A stretch of DNA of 25,704 nucleotides from Methanosarcina sp. Ant1 (GCA_001714685.2 MDTP02000037.1:1-25704); one strand, 5' to 3'. Positions 1-7,070 are shown, counted from the first letter of the stretch. A program made the numbers and translations. The notes: a model not told the origin generated them from the sequence alone.

Positions 1-173
1 AATTTTTTAGCTAAATAAGCAATTATAGACCATTTTTTAGCTTCTAAAGCATTTTTGTCAATTTTGGCAAAACCTCAGCTAAGAGACTTTTCCGTTAGTC
101 GAATATAGATCAAAAGAGTGCCAGAACTAACCTATCCGTAAGTATCAAAGCTATAATGGTTGAATCAGTTATC

Positions 174-208
174 GTTTAAACCCTTTTTAATGGACCTTCC
201 TCGCGAAT
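174..208 (-). repeat. Solitary degenerate CRISPR repeat relic (array-2 / R2 type)
   Basis: gtttaaaccctttttaatggaccttcctcgcgaat aligns to the R2 consensus gtttcaatccttgttttagtggatcttgctcgcgaat at about 29/37 positions (6 mismatches, one 2-nt gap). The whole terminal tcgcgaat block matches. No partner repeat lies at spacer distance. Confidence 0.4.
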
Positions 209-310
209 AATACGAAACCACAAAGAGAACATTAATAACTTTCTTCTCATAACTTTCATTCATCAATAATTTTTTCCAGAGGAATCAACAATGCCAATTA
301 CCGACAGTAC

Positions 311-628
311 ATGAAACAAATGATAACAAAAACCAAAGACTACACTATCGTTATCCTGAAGGCTGCACAAAAAAGAAACGAGCCCGAAGCTGAAAAAATA
401 ATATGGGAGCACGGCAGAAGGAACTTTTCCCTGAGAGAGGAAGGAAAACTGTCAATTGTCTGCCCTGTTAATGATGGGACTGAATTGAAAGGAATAGGAA
501 TTTTCAGCACGAGCGAAGAGGAAACTAAAAGAATAATGGATGAGGACCCTGCTGTGAAAGCTGGAATCTTTACCTATGAAATCCATCCCTGCAGGAGCTT
601 CCCTGGGGATATGCTGCCTGAAAAATAA
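311..628 (+). CDS. Small YciI-like (dimeric alpha/beta-barrel) protein, function unknown
   Basis: ATG-initiated 105-aa ORF. The stretch GKLSIVCPV..G..GIGIFSTSEEETKRIMDEDPAVKAGIFTYEIHP resembles the YciI-like family pattern. Recognised by eye only. Confidence 0.5.
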   Translation: MKQMITKTKDYTIVILKAAQKRNEPEAEKIIWEHGRRNFSLREEGKLSIVCPVNDGTELKGIGIFSTSEEETKRIMDEDPAVKAGIFTYEIHPCRSFPGDMLPEK

Positions 629-640
629 AAAATATTCAAA

Positions 641-670
641 AAGGCACTCATTCAGCCTTATTTTTCATTT
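641..670 (+). terminator. Hairpin plus T-run downstream of the YciI-like gene
   Basis: aaggc-actcattca-gcctt forms a 5-bp stem at 641-659, followed by ttttt at 661-665. It lies 13 nt after the stop codon. Confidence 0.3.
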
Positions 671-696
671 TCTTAAGGCTATAAAAAAGGATATAA

Positions 697-736
697 GTTT
701 CAATCCTTGTGTTGCTGGAAGCTACTTCTCATTCGA
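697..736 (-). repeat. Solitary degenerate CRISPR repeat relic (array-1 / R1 type, ghost-array variant)
   Basis: gtttcaatccttgtgttgctggaagctacttctc[att]cgat. The first 14 nt are identical to R1. There are 4 internal mismatches and a 3-nt insertion. It ends in cgat, like the ghost repeats at 2721 and 2918. Confidence 0.6.
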
Positions 737-757
737 TTGAGAGAAACATCTGGAGAA

Positions 758-2239
758 TTACAGCAGCAGCAAAAAGAGGGACGCTGGCACTGTAGCATAT
801 TTTCCGCTGAGATCAAATTTGTTTTTTGAAATAAGGATCCCTCTCTCAAAAGCGGTCAGTCCCCGGTAATCGCTGCTATTGATCCGGTTCTGGTATTTCA
901 GCTCGATTCCGAGAAGTTTGTTTCCATCTTCTTTCAGGACGAAATCAACTTCTTTTTTTCCGCCGCTTGTTTTCAGATAAAAGATGTGGTCGTGGGGAGA
1001 GAATATATCGCTTGGATGTTTTTCGTACATGAAACGCACGAGGTGGGAATGAATTACGGATTCTGCGAGTTTGCTTCTGGTTTCGGGGCTGTTCAGGTAG
1101 AGGTTTGAGGATTCGAAGTAGTCTGTCAGGCCTGAAGCCCAGGTGCAAAGAGCATGGAAGATGAAGGGGTCCTGGAAGTAGATTTTTTTCTCTTTTTTTA
1201 AACTCGCAGTTTTCTTCGGGAGGTCAAGGGGATAGAGGATGTTCAGGACAAAGGAATCTTCAAGGGCAGTGACGTATTTTTGCACAGTTACATGAGCCCC
1301 TATGTCTGTTTCGTCGGTGATGCCCCGCCAGCTTACCGGGGTTGTGAGCTTGCCGAATATGCTTCTGAGGGCCTGTTTTACAGGCATTTCTGGAATGTTC
1401 CAGCGTGCCAGGTCCCCTATGAGGGACTGGATATAGATTTCGTAAATACTGTTGTCGATTTTGTTTTTTGAGAAAAATTCGTTGATGGGCCTCGGGATCC
1501 CCCCGGTGATAAGATACTGGTCAAAGAGCCTGTCGAGTTCGGGCTGGTAGAGGAGAAGCATGCTCATGAGGGGGTCAGTTCTGCCTTCAAACAGGTTTGA
1601 AAGGATCTCCTGCCTTTTTGGACCTTCAATGAGCCCGTTTGCTCCCATAAACTGCTTCAGGTCGGGATTCAGGGTTTCTACGTATTCGGAGAACTTCATT
1701 GGAAAAAAGATCTTGTCCAGGGTCCCCTCCCCTTCCCCCCTCCTCCCAGGAAGCCTCTCAATACTGCCTTTTATGTCTATTGAGTGCGAGCCGGTCAGGA
1801 CTACAGTTGCATTTTTAAGGGCACCGGTATCAACAAGGTACTTTAGCCCCTTTTCCCAGTCCCTGACCGAAGAAATCTCATCCAGGAAAATGTATTTCCT
1901 CTCCAGCCTGAAAGCCGAAGCCCAGTTAAGGTAGAGGTTCATGACCTCAAATAGCTCTTTTTCATCAGCCACGAGGTCGCAGGTAAAGTAAAAAATGCTC
2001 TGGGAATGCTCTATTTTTGAAAGCAGCTCCCGGATTATGAGCTTAACCAATGTGGTCTTTCCAACCTGTCTCGGCCCCGTGAGCGTATAGATCCTGTCCC
2101 TGTCAAACTCCAGCTCCGAAAGAAGCCTCGGGCTCCACTTCAACAGCGAATCATCCAGCTTTTTCAGTTTGTCATCATCCCGGATAGCAGCAGGGTTCTT
2201 CCACCAGGGGTTCTGGGCAGAGAGATGAGTCAAATCCAT
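758..2239 (-). CDS. AAA+ ATPase of the AAA_14/DUF4143 (COG1373-like) family with a C-terminal PD-(D/E)xK-like motif
   Basis: 493-aa ATG ORF. Walker A is GPRQVGKTTL and a Walker B-like motif is YIFLDEIS. The N-terminus NPWW and the C-terminus EVDFVL...GIELKYQ (D...ExK) are typical of this archaeal ATPase family. Confidence 0.8.
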   Translation of the reverse strand: MDLTHLSAQNPWWKNPAAIRDDDKLKKLDDSLLKWSPRLLSELEFDRDRIYTLTGPRQVGKTTLVKLIIRELLSKIEHSQSIFYFTCDLVADEKELFEVMNLYLNWASAFRLERKYIFLDEISSVRDWEKGLKYLVDTGALKNATVVLTGSHSIDIKGSIERLPGRRGEGEGTLDKIFFPMKFSEYVETLNPDLKQFMGANGLIEGPKRQEILSNLFEGRTDPLMSMLLLYQPELDRLFDQYLITGGIPRPINEFFSKNKIDNSIYEIYIQSLIGDLARWNIPEMPVKQALRSIFGKLTTPVSWRGITDETDIGAHVTVQKYVTALEDSFVLNILYPLDLPKKTASLKKEKKIYFQDPFIFHALCTWASGLTDYFESSNLYLNSPETRSKLAESVIHSHLVRFMYEKHPSDIFSPHDHIFYLKTSGGKKEVDFVLKEDGNKLLGIELKYQNRINSSDYRGLTAFERGILISKNKFDLSGKYATVPASLFLLLL

Positions 2240-2276
2240 ATGAGATATTCTATGTCCCCTGGGGGTTATATAACTT

Positions 2277-2326
2277 GGTTAAATGCTTAACCACCTGTAT
2301 ATAAATTACTGGTTAGATGCTTAACC
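2277..2326. promoter_or_regulatory. Two copies of a 16-bp palindrome flanking a TATA-like box upstream of the ATPase gene
   Basis: GGTTAAATGCTTAACC (2277-2292) and GGTTAGATGCTTAACC (2311-2326). Each is GGTTAR-ATGC-TTAACC. tgtatataaatt sits between them. A second palindromic gttatataac at 2265-2274 lies about 30 nt upstream of the ATG at 2239. Confidence 0.3.
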
Positions 2327-2647
2327 ACACATGAATGCGGATACTTCAAAACTGCTTTCTAGAGCTTAAAAGTAAGCCCGCCCTTTCAGGAAAAAAAATT
2401 TGGCTTACTGCCAGTACAATTCTTCATTAATATATTTCTCCCGCCTCCCGCTAGGGGAAGGAGTTTCCTGCAATCTGTCTTTCCGGACCTTTTTCTAAAA
2501 TAACATGCCCGGACTCCTTTTCTAGAGAAATAGGATTGAATTAGAACAAGGAAAGCACGGAAAACACGGAAGAAAGGATGCGGGGCACAGTTATTCAGTC
2601 CAGAATTGCAGCCTGGAAAATATAGGAACTGGCAATTTGGCAGCTTT

Positions 2648-2954
2648 GTTTCAATCCTTGTTTTTGTGGCATCTACTTCTCGACTTCTTCATCTTAAATA
2701 TTATCAAAGGACAATAAACAGTTTCAATCCTTGTTTTCGTGGAACCTACTTCTCGATGAATTACGAAGGAATGGTTAAAAAATAACTCCAAGTTTTCACT
2801 TTGTGAATGGCTCTATAATTCCATTTCCCCAAATAAACATAAAGGCAATGTTGGTACATAAATACTTGAAATTCTAGTTTCATCATTCCTAAATGTACAA
2901 GCAAAAATAGGAATCAGGTTTTAATCCTTGTTTTCGTGGAACCTACTACTCGAT
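2648..2954 (-). CRISPR. Decayed 'ghost' mini-array: three diverged R1-type repeats
   Basis: Repeats at 2648-2684, 2721-2757 and 2918-2954 have 3, 4 and 6 mismatches to R1. There is one normal 36-bp spacer (2685-2720) and one abnormal 160-bp interval. The array is followed by a paralog of the array-1 leader. Confidence 0.7.
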
Positions 2955-2975
2955 GGGTCTTTTTCCCTTATTTTC

Positions 2976-3149
2976 GGTTCTTCGCATTTTTGTGTGGGTT
3001 GAAAATAATTCTTTAGTTGAGAAGTGACTAAACCAAAGAGAAATTATCGATTTTGAATGTGATTTACAACACGAAATGTTTTCAAATATTATAGATGTTG
3101 TATCACATTTAGAAAGCGACTCTATATTACCACTCAAAATAGCGAAGAG
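2976..3149. mobile_element. MITE-like insertion a (174 bp)
   Basis: A 10-bp direct duplication ccttattttc is present at 2966-2975 and 3150-3159. The imperfect TIRs are ggttcttcgc and gcgaagag. An internal hairpin is aatgtgatttacaacac / gatgttgtatcacatt. The paralogous site at 16709-16722 is uninterrupted (cccttattttcagc). Confidence 0.7.
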
Positions 3150-3373
3150 CCTTATTTTCAGCTAATTCTTAGTAATTTCGAACCTGATAATCAGAATCAA
3201 GCAACTTATTTTTGTTTTAAATATCTAATATTCGAAAGTTATATGTTTTAGTTTTAGTTAACAAAATTAGCTGGTCGACAAATAGCGATAGTGTATAAGG
3301 AAGGATACCATAATAACTTTTGTACTTTCGCTTATCCGATAACTAAATTATTTTTTTGGCAATATATATAAAG

Positions 3374-3572
3374 GACTCAGTATCAAAATCCAGTGATTTT
3401 TGCATTTCTTGATTAAAAATCTGAATTCTTAAGAAGAATTCAATCTCTAATCAAAATTAACATTCGATACCTAAAGACTTCAACAAAGAAGTATAATCAC
3501 AAGGATTGTAACCAATTACAAAATCTAGTGATTTTTAATTTTATGTTCATCACTGGATTTTGGCACTGAGTC
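3374..3572. mobile_element. MITE-like insertion b (199 bp)
   Basis: An 8-bp TSD atataaag is present at 3366-3373 and 3573-3580. The ~25-bp TIRs are gactcagtatcaaaatccagtgat and atcactggattttggcactgagtc. The element is absent from the paralogous leader B around 16925-16960. Confidence 0.7.
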
Positions 3573-3611
3573 ATATAAAGTACATTTTTAAAAAAATCAT
3601 TTAGAGAGTAG

Positions 3612-3900
3612 CTCACATTTCGACCCCCTCCCAAAAAACACAACTTAATTTTTTTATTCATATAGTTTATTGCTAATTTCACTCTAATTTTTATATTAAT
3701 TATTTAGTTTTTGATAAATATAGCTAAACTTTTCTATATTTTCATTGATTTTCACAAATTTTGACTAGGCTTTTTTGAACATTGTGAGATTCAAACCAAA
3801 ATAATTGATTTTTTTGAGCATGTGTTCATAAAAGATTCAATAAGTTTATTCAGTTGTTGAATAAATCACCATATTTTTGAAAGGGGGGTCGAAATGTGAG
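3612..3900. mobile_element. MITE-like insertion c (289 bp)
   Basis: The 17-bp TIR is perfect: ctcacatttcgaccccc and gggggtcgaaatgtgag. The TSD agtag is at 3607-3611 and 3901-3905. Leader B is uninterrupted at the corresponding site (gaagagtggggtaggtggg, about 16962-16980). Confidence 0.7.
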
Positions 3901-4126
3901 AGTAGGGTAGGTGGATACATCATAAATTTTAGCCAAATGTTTGAAGTGTCGCTTCATTACGAATTCCGAATTTGTGGCCCAGAAGAAAAAGTGAGATTTC
4001 TTTAGAAATACTTCAAAAAATTAATTCAGAATGTTCGTTATTGGTATCGTTTTTCTGTAAATTAAAGGGTCAAAATGAAAAAAGCGTGATTCCAGAGGAA
4101 AACGAGAGCAAACTTCCAGAATTCGG

Positions 4127-4140
4127 TTTTTGGCCAAAAA
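4127..4140 (-). terminator. Perfect palindrome / oligo-T just downstream of the Cmr-operon stop
   Basis: TTTTTGGCCAAAAA lies 15-28 nt past the TGA at 4155-4157 on the minus strand. Oligo-T tracts are typical archaeal termination signals. Confidence 0.3.
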
Positions 4141-4154
4141 GCATAAAATACAAC

Positions 4155-5063
4155 TCATAATGGTTCAGTTACTGTTTTTTCTTCCCATAGAAGTTGAATC
4201 AGTATACCTATAAAAAATGAAAAACTAGCATAAACCAATATTGATCTCCAATGAAGCGTCGAGGGATCTAATAATTTTATTGAAATGTATGTGTATATAA
4301 AAAGATATGAAAAGAAAGTTGACCAACCGAAACCCCATACTAATATTGGAAAGATCCTACTGATAATTTTTGAATTAAAATAGTTCATTGGCAATGATCC
4401 GCGAATGATTTTGCTACACTCGAAAAAGAAATAAAAAAAAGATGACAGAAATGTGAAAACTAAAAAATAATAAGAATAGTTACTATTTAATATACCACTA
4501 CCAAACTTCATGAGATCTCCAGAAGAAGCAATCAATATAATCCCAACAAGACTGGCACTCAACATCCTCGGGAGAAACAACTTAAATAAATTTAAACTTA
4601 TAATATCTCGATGCTTAAAACAAAGCTCCCAGGCTCCTATCCAATTATATCTTTTGAGGAGGAAATCGATGCATTCCGTCAGATAGTATTTTTTAGCTCC
4701 GGTGCTTAAGTAGTTAAAAACCACGTCTCCATTAATAATTTTCATTAGATCTTCTTCGCGACTTATGTCTATGCACTCTGCACTTAAAATTGAAAACACA
4801 TAGTCACATTTTTCACTGAGACAACATTTTAGCCAGTAGTGTTGCCAGAGTGCTTTATTGTGTTCTTCCAACCCAATTTTCCCGATTTGGATATTTAGTG
4901 CTAATGTTTGAACAGCAATAGCTTCTTCAGGAAATTTTACCGCTTCAGTAGGAATTTTAGCAGGAGCTACATTTATTTTTTCAGTTCCAACATAGTTATT
5001 GAATTTTGTTAGAGTACCTATTTGTTCAAAACTGTTGCGCAAAGAGATTAATTTTTTATCCAT
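4155..5063 (-). CDS. Type III-associated membrane protein: ~160-aa Cys-rich soluble N-terminal domain plus four predicted TM helices
   Basis: 302-aa ATG ORF. Hydrophobic segments are at about aa 163-182, 196-216, 234-260 and 273-293. Its ATG (5061-5063) is 1 nt from the stop of the upstream CARF gene. I recognise no family motif. Confidence 0.7.
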   Translation of the reverse strand: MDKKLISLRNSFEQIGTLTKFNNYVGTEKINVAPAKIPTEAVKFPEEAIAVQTLALNIQIGKIGLEEHNKALWQHYWLKCCLSEKCDYVFSILSAECIDISREEDLMKIINGDVVFNYLSTGAKKYYLTECIDFLLKRYNWIGAWELCFKHRDIISLNLFKLFLPRMLSASLVGIILIASSGDLMKFGSGILNSNYSYYFLVFTFLSSFFYFFFECSKIIRGSLPMNYFNSKIISRIFPILVWGFGWSTFFSYLFIYTYISIKLLDPSTLHWRSILVYASFSFFIGILIQLLWEEKTVTEPL

Positions 5064-5064
5064 G

Positions 5065-5832
5065 TTAATCGAACCGCTCTGGGGGGAGATGAATTAAGAT
5101 CTCTTTCCCAGTCTTCACATCAGAATATCCAGCTTTAAACTCACTAATTCCTGGTACTGGTGAATTAGGATCAAAGGACATGACTGTTATTTTTTCATAG
5201 TTAGTTTCTTCATACAAATAAAAAATTTTTGCACATGCATTTATATATGCAAATGCACCTAATAAGATACCCACCCCTTTATATCCACCTGTCAAATTGA
5301 AAATATATTCCTCGTTTTCATTTTCCTCAAATTTAGTTATGGATTTTTGCCATATCTCAAGTAGTGCAGATCCAAATCTTTCAGCATCTGAAGGGTCAAG
5401 ACCAATTATCGGCCATTTTTCAATCTCAATTCCTGGTAATAAATTATTTTCTTTAAGAACATTATATATCACATTTGCACAAAATGAACCTTCTTTGTTA
5501 TCTGAATGAAGAAGGATGACTTTATCACCATTCCCCAGAGATCCTTTTTGACTGTTATCATAGTAAATCTTTATAGCTTTTAGTGACGCCAGCTCAGCAG
5601 GAAGATCTTTCATATATGCTAGATTTTCCCATGAAAAAGGTTCGAATTCTTTGGAGAGATCACAATCCTTCTCCAACGCTTCTTTTAGTTTACTATTGCA
5701 AGTTGATTCATAATCCATTCTTTCTTTTTCACTTCCCAGACCTAAAAAAGAATTATCGCAAAGTCCTCCATATCTCCAGCAACATGATTTGAAAAGACTT
5801 GTTCCGCAGGTTGTAATTATTGTTCTTGGCAT
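5065..5832 (-). CDS. CARF-domain protein (Cas_APE2256-like), with no recognisable effector domain
   Basis: 255 aa. Motifs are an N-terminal TTCGTSLF, PAELASLK, DKVILLHSDNKEG and FNLTGGYKGVG, the canonical CARF Rossmann signatures. Its ATG directly abuts the cmr6 stop (TAAATG). Confidence 0.75.
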   Translation of the reverse strand: MPRTIITTCGTSLFKSCCWRYGGLCDNSFLGLGSEKERMDYESTCNSKLKEALEKDCDLSKEFEPFSWENLAYMKDLPAELASLKAIKIYYDNSQKGSLGNGDKVILLHSDNKEGSFCANVIYNVLKENNLLPGIEIEKWPIIGLDPSDAERFGSALLEIWQKSITKFEENENEEYIFNLTGGYKGVGILLGAFAYINACAKIFYLYEETNYEKITVMSFDPNSPVPGISEFKAGYSDVKTGKEILIHLPPERFD

Positions 5833-6657
5833 TTAACACACCCTCTGTTCAAAATAACCATAGCTAGAATCTGTTTTTGCACCGATTCCAAAAGTTTTCA
5901 GTGCATTTGTAATAAGTCCCCTTACCAGATCCAGATCTTCTTGTACATTTTCTTTGCCGTATCCGACTAAAGGAGCAATTGCAAACTCGAATTCTATCCC
6001 TTTTTTCACAGCAATAAAGTGTACTGGGACTGGATTTTGGTCGTCTCTTGGAAATTTATTTTTTTGGTAGTAGTCCTGATAATGTGGAGTAAAGACATCC
6101 AGTTCAAAGAAATCAGATAGTGAGTCTCTATTAACGTTTTTAGGCCATGCATCAGCAAATAATATATTTCCCCTTTGAGATTCTTTTTCTGCAGGTGAAT
6201 TTCCAAAAATTCTCTTCTTAAATCCTTCATCGATAATTTCAAACTCATCGCAATAATGTCTTGTAACTCCCTTTATTGCAGAGCCTGAAATTATGGGAAA
6301 TCCATAATATGGATGAATTAAAATAGAATTTTTGAGAATTGATTCTCCCCCATGATTAACTATAACTCTGGTTTTGGTATTAAGGGAAAATGACATTATT
6401 CCAGGCAGAGAGTTCTTTCGATTTTTTAAATAAGAGTAACTAGTAACTTCCAGCGGGATTTTATATTTTATTAATCTCTCAAGGTGCTGAACTTTACAAT
6501 TATCCTTTCTATTTGGAGAGTAAGTTGGAGTGTCATCCTGAGTTATTCCCCATAAAAAATATTTGTCAAAAATCAGAGCTGGATTTACTTTTTCGGAATT
6601 AGAGATTCCTTTCACACACTTGATATTTTTAACCCATTTTGAATCCGAGAGAACCAT
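5833..6657 (-). CDS. cmr6: Cmr6 (type III-B RAMP/Cas7-like subunit)
   Basis: Motifs are HPYYGFPIISGSAIKGVTRHY, GNILFADAWP, FTPHYQDYY and FGIGAKTDSSYGYF. I prefer the ATG at 6657, 2 nt after the cmr5 stop. The maximal ORF starts at a TTG at 6705 and would overlap cmr5 by 46 nt. Confidence 0.85.
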   Translation of the reverse strand: MVLSDSKWVKNIKCVKGISNSEKVNPALIFDKYFLWGITQDDTPTYSPNRKDNCKVQHLERLIKYKIPLEVTSYSYLKNRKNSLPGIMSFSLNTKTRVIVNHGGESILKNSILIHPYYGFPIISGSAIKGVTRHYCDEFEIIDEGFKKRIFGNSPAEKESQRGNILFADAWPKNVNRDSLSDFFELDVFTPHYQDYYQKNKFPRDDQNPVPVHFIAVKKGIEFEFAIAPLVGYGKENVQEDLDLVRGLITNALKTFGIGAKTDSSYGYFEQRVC

Positions 6658-6659
6658 TT

Positions 6660-7070
6660 TTAGTCCCCACTCTGCAGCATTGCATCTGAAAACCTTTTGA
6701 GCCAAAGAATAAGAGCCTTTGATTCCTGGGACTTTTGTATTATCTCATCATCCGTACATTCAAGAAGAGATAGATAAAGTTTCAATGGACTTAATTTCTC
6801 ATTATTACCCATAATCCACTTCAAGATATGTCCCGCAAGAAATTCATAGTGAGTGTAACTTTTCTGACCTTCATCTCTCCCATTTTCTTTTGTTTTGCTA
6901 ATGTAAAAGGAAAGAGTTTGTATTAGTCCTGATTTTTGGATTAGAGCACCAGAAGAACGAACTGCACTGTGGTATTTTTTTTCACGTTCATCTCCTTCTC
7001 TTTTGATGTATTCAATACATCCATATGCATACTCAGCTCGCTCATGATCCAGATTTTTGCCAACTATCAT
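6660..7070 (-). CDS. cmr5: Cmr5 (Cas11 small subunit)
   Basis: 136 aa, helical. The stretch AVRSSGALIQKSGLIQTLSFYISK matches the Cmr5 pattern. It sits between cmr4 and cmr6, with an ATGA overlap to cmr4. Confidence 0.75.
   Translation of the reverse strand: MIVGKNLDHERAEYAYGCIEYIKREGDEREKKYHSAVRSSGALIQKSGLIQTLSFYISKTKENGRDEGQKSYTHYEFLAGHILKWIMGNNEKLSPLKLYLSLLECTDDEIIQKSQESKALILWLKRFSDAMLQSGD

Larger units (their letters stand above)
2955..4131 (-). promoter_or_regulatory. CRISPR leader paralog A, interrupted by three MITE-like insertions
   Basis: After removing 2976-3149, 3374-3572 and 3612-3900 (and one TSD copy each), about 510 bp aligns colinearly with 16699-17198 at roughly 75-80% identity by eye. 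Matching examples are taatttcgaacctgataatcagaatcaagcaactt and gagcaaacttccagaattcgg. Confidence 0.7.

Noticed and set aside
1-110. Direct repeat ttttttagct[a/t][a/c]taa..gca at 3-22 and 33-52, and possible leader-like sequence at the window start
   Set aside because: It is short and AT-rich and only vaguely similar to the ttttttggcca leader motif. It is too close to the window edge to interpret.
945-1934. ORFs 945..1148(-), 1280..1471(+) and 1560..1934(+) overlapping the ATPase gene
   Set aside because: They are out-of-frame or antisense to a 493-aa ORF with clear Walker motifs. They are low-complexity or Pro/Ser/Arg-rich with no motifs.
2793-2829. Possible fourth, heavily eroded ghost repeat (gttttcactttgtgaatggctctataattccatttcc) 35 nt after the repeat at 2721
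   Set aside because: The position fits a normal spacer length, but identity to R1 is too low (roughly half the positions) to separate from chance in AT-rich DNA.
2946-4160. ORFs 2946..3137(-), 3497..3682(-) and 3972..4160(+) in the ghost leader
   Set aside because: They span MITE/leader boundaries or leader sequence that is non-coding in the paralogous copy. They have no SD and no motifs.
4155-5063. Membrane protein as a CRISPR-associated CorA
   Set aside because: CorA has a large N-terminal domain, two C-terminal TM helices and a YGMN loop. Here there are four TM segments and only a weak PMNY tetrapeptide in the TM2-TM3 loop. That is insufficient evidence.
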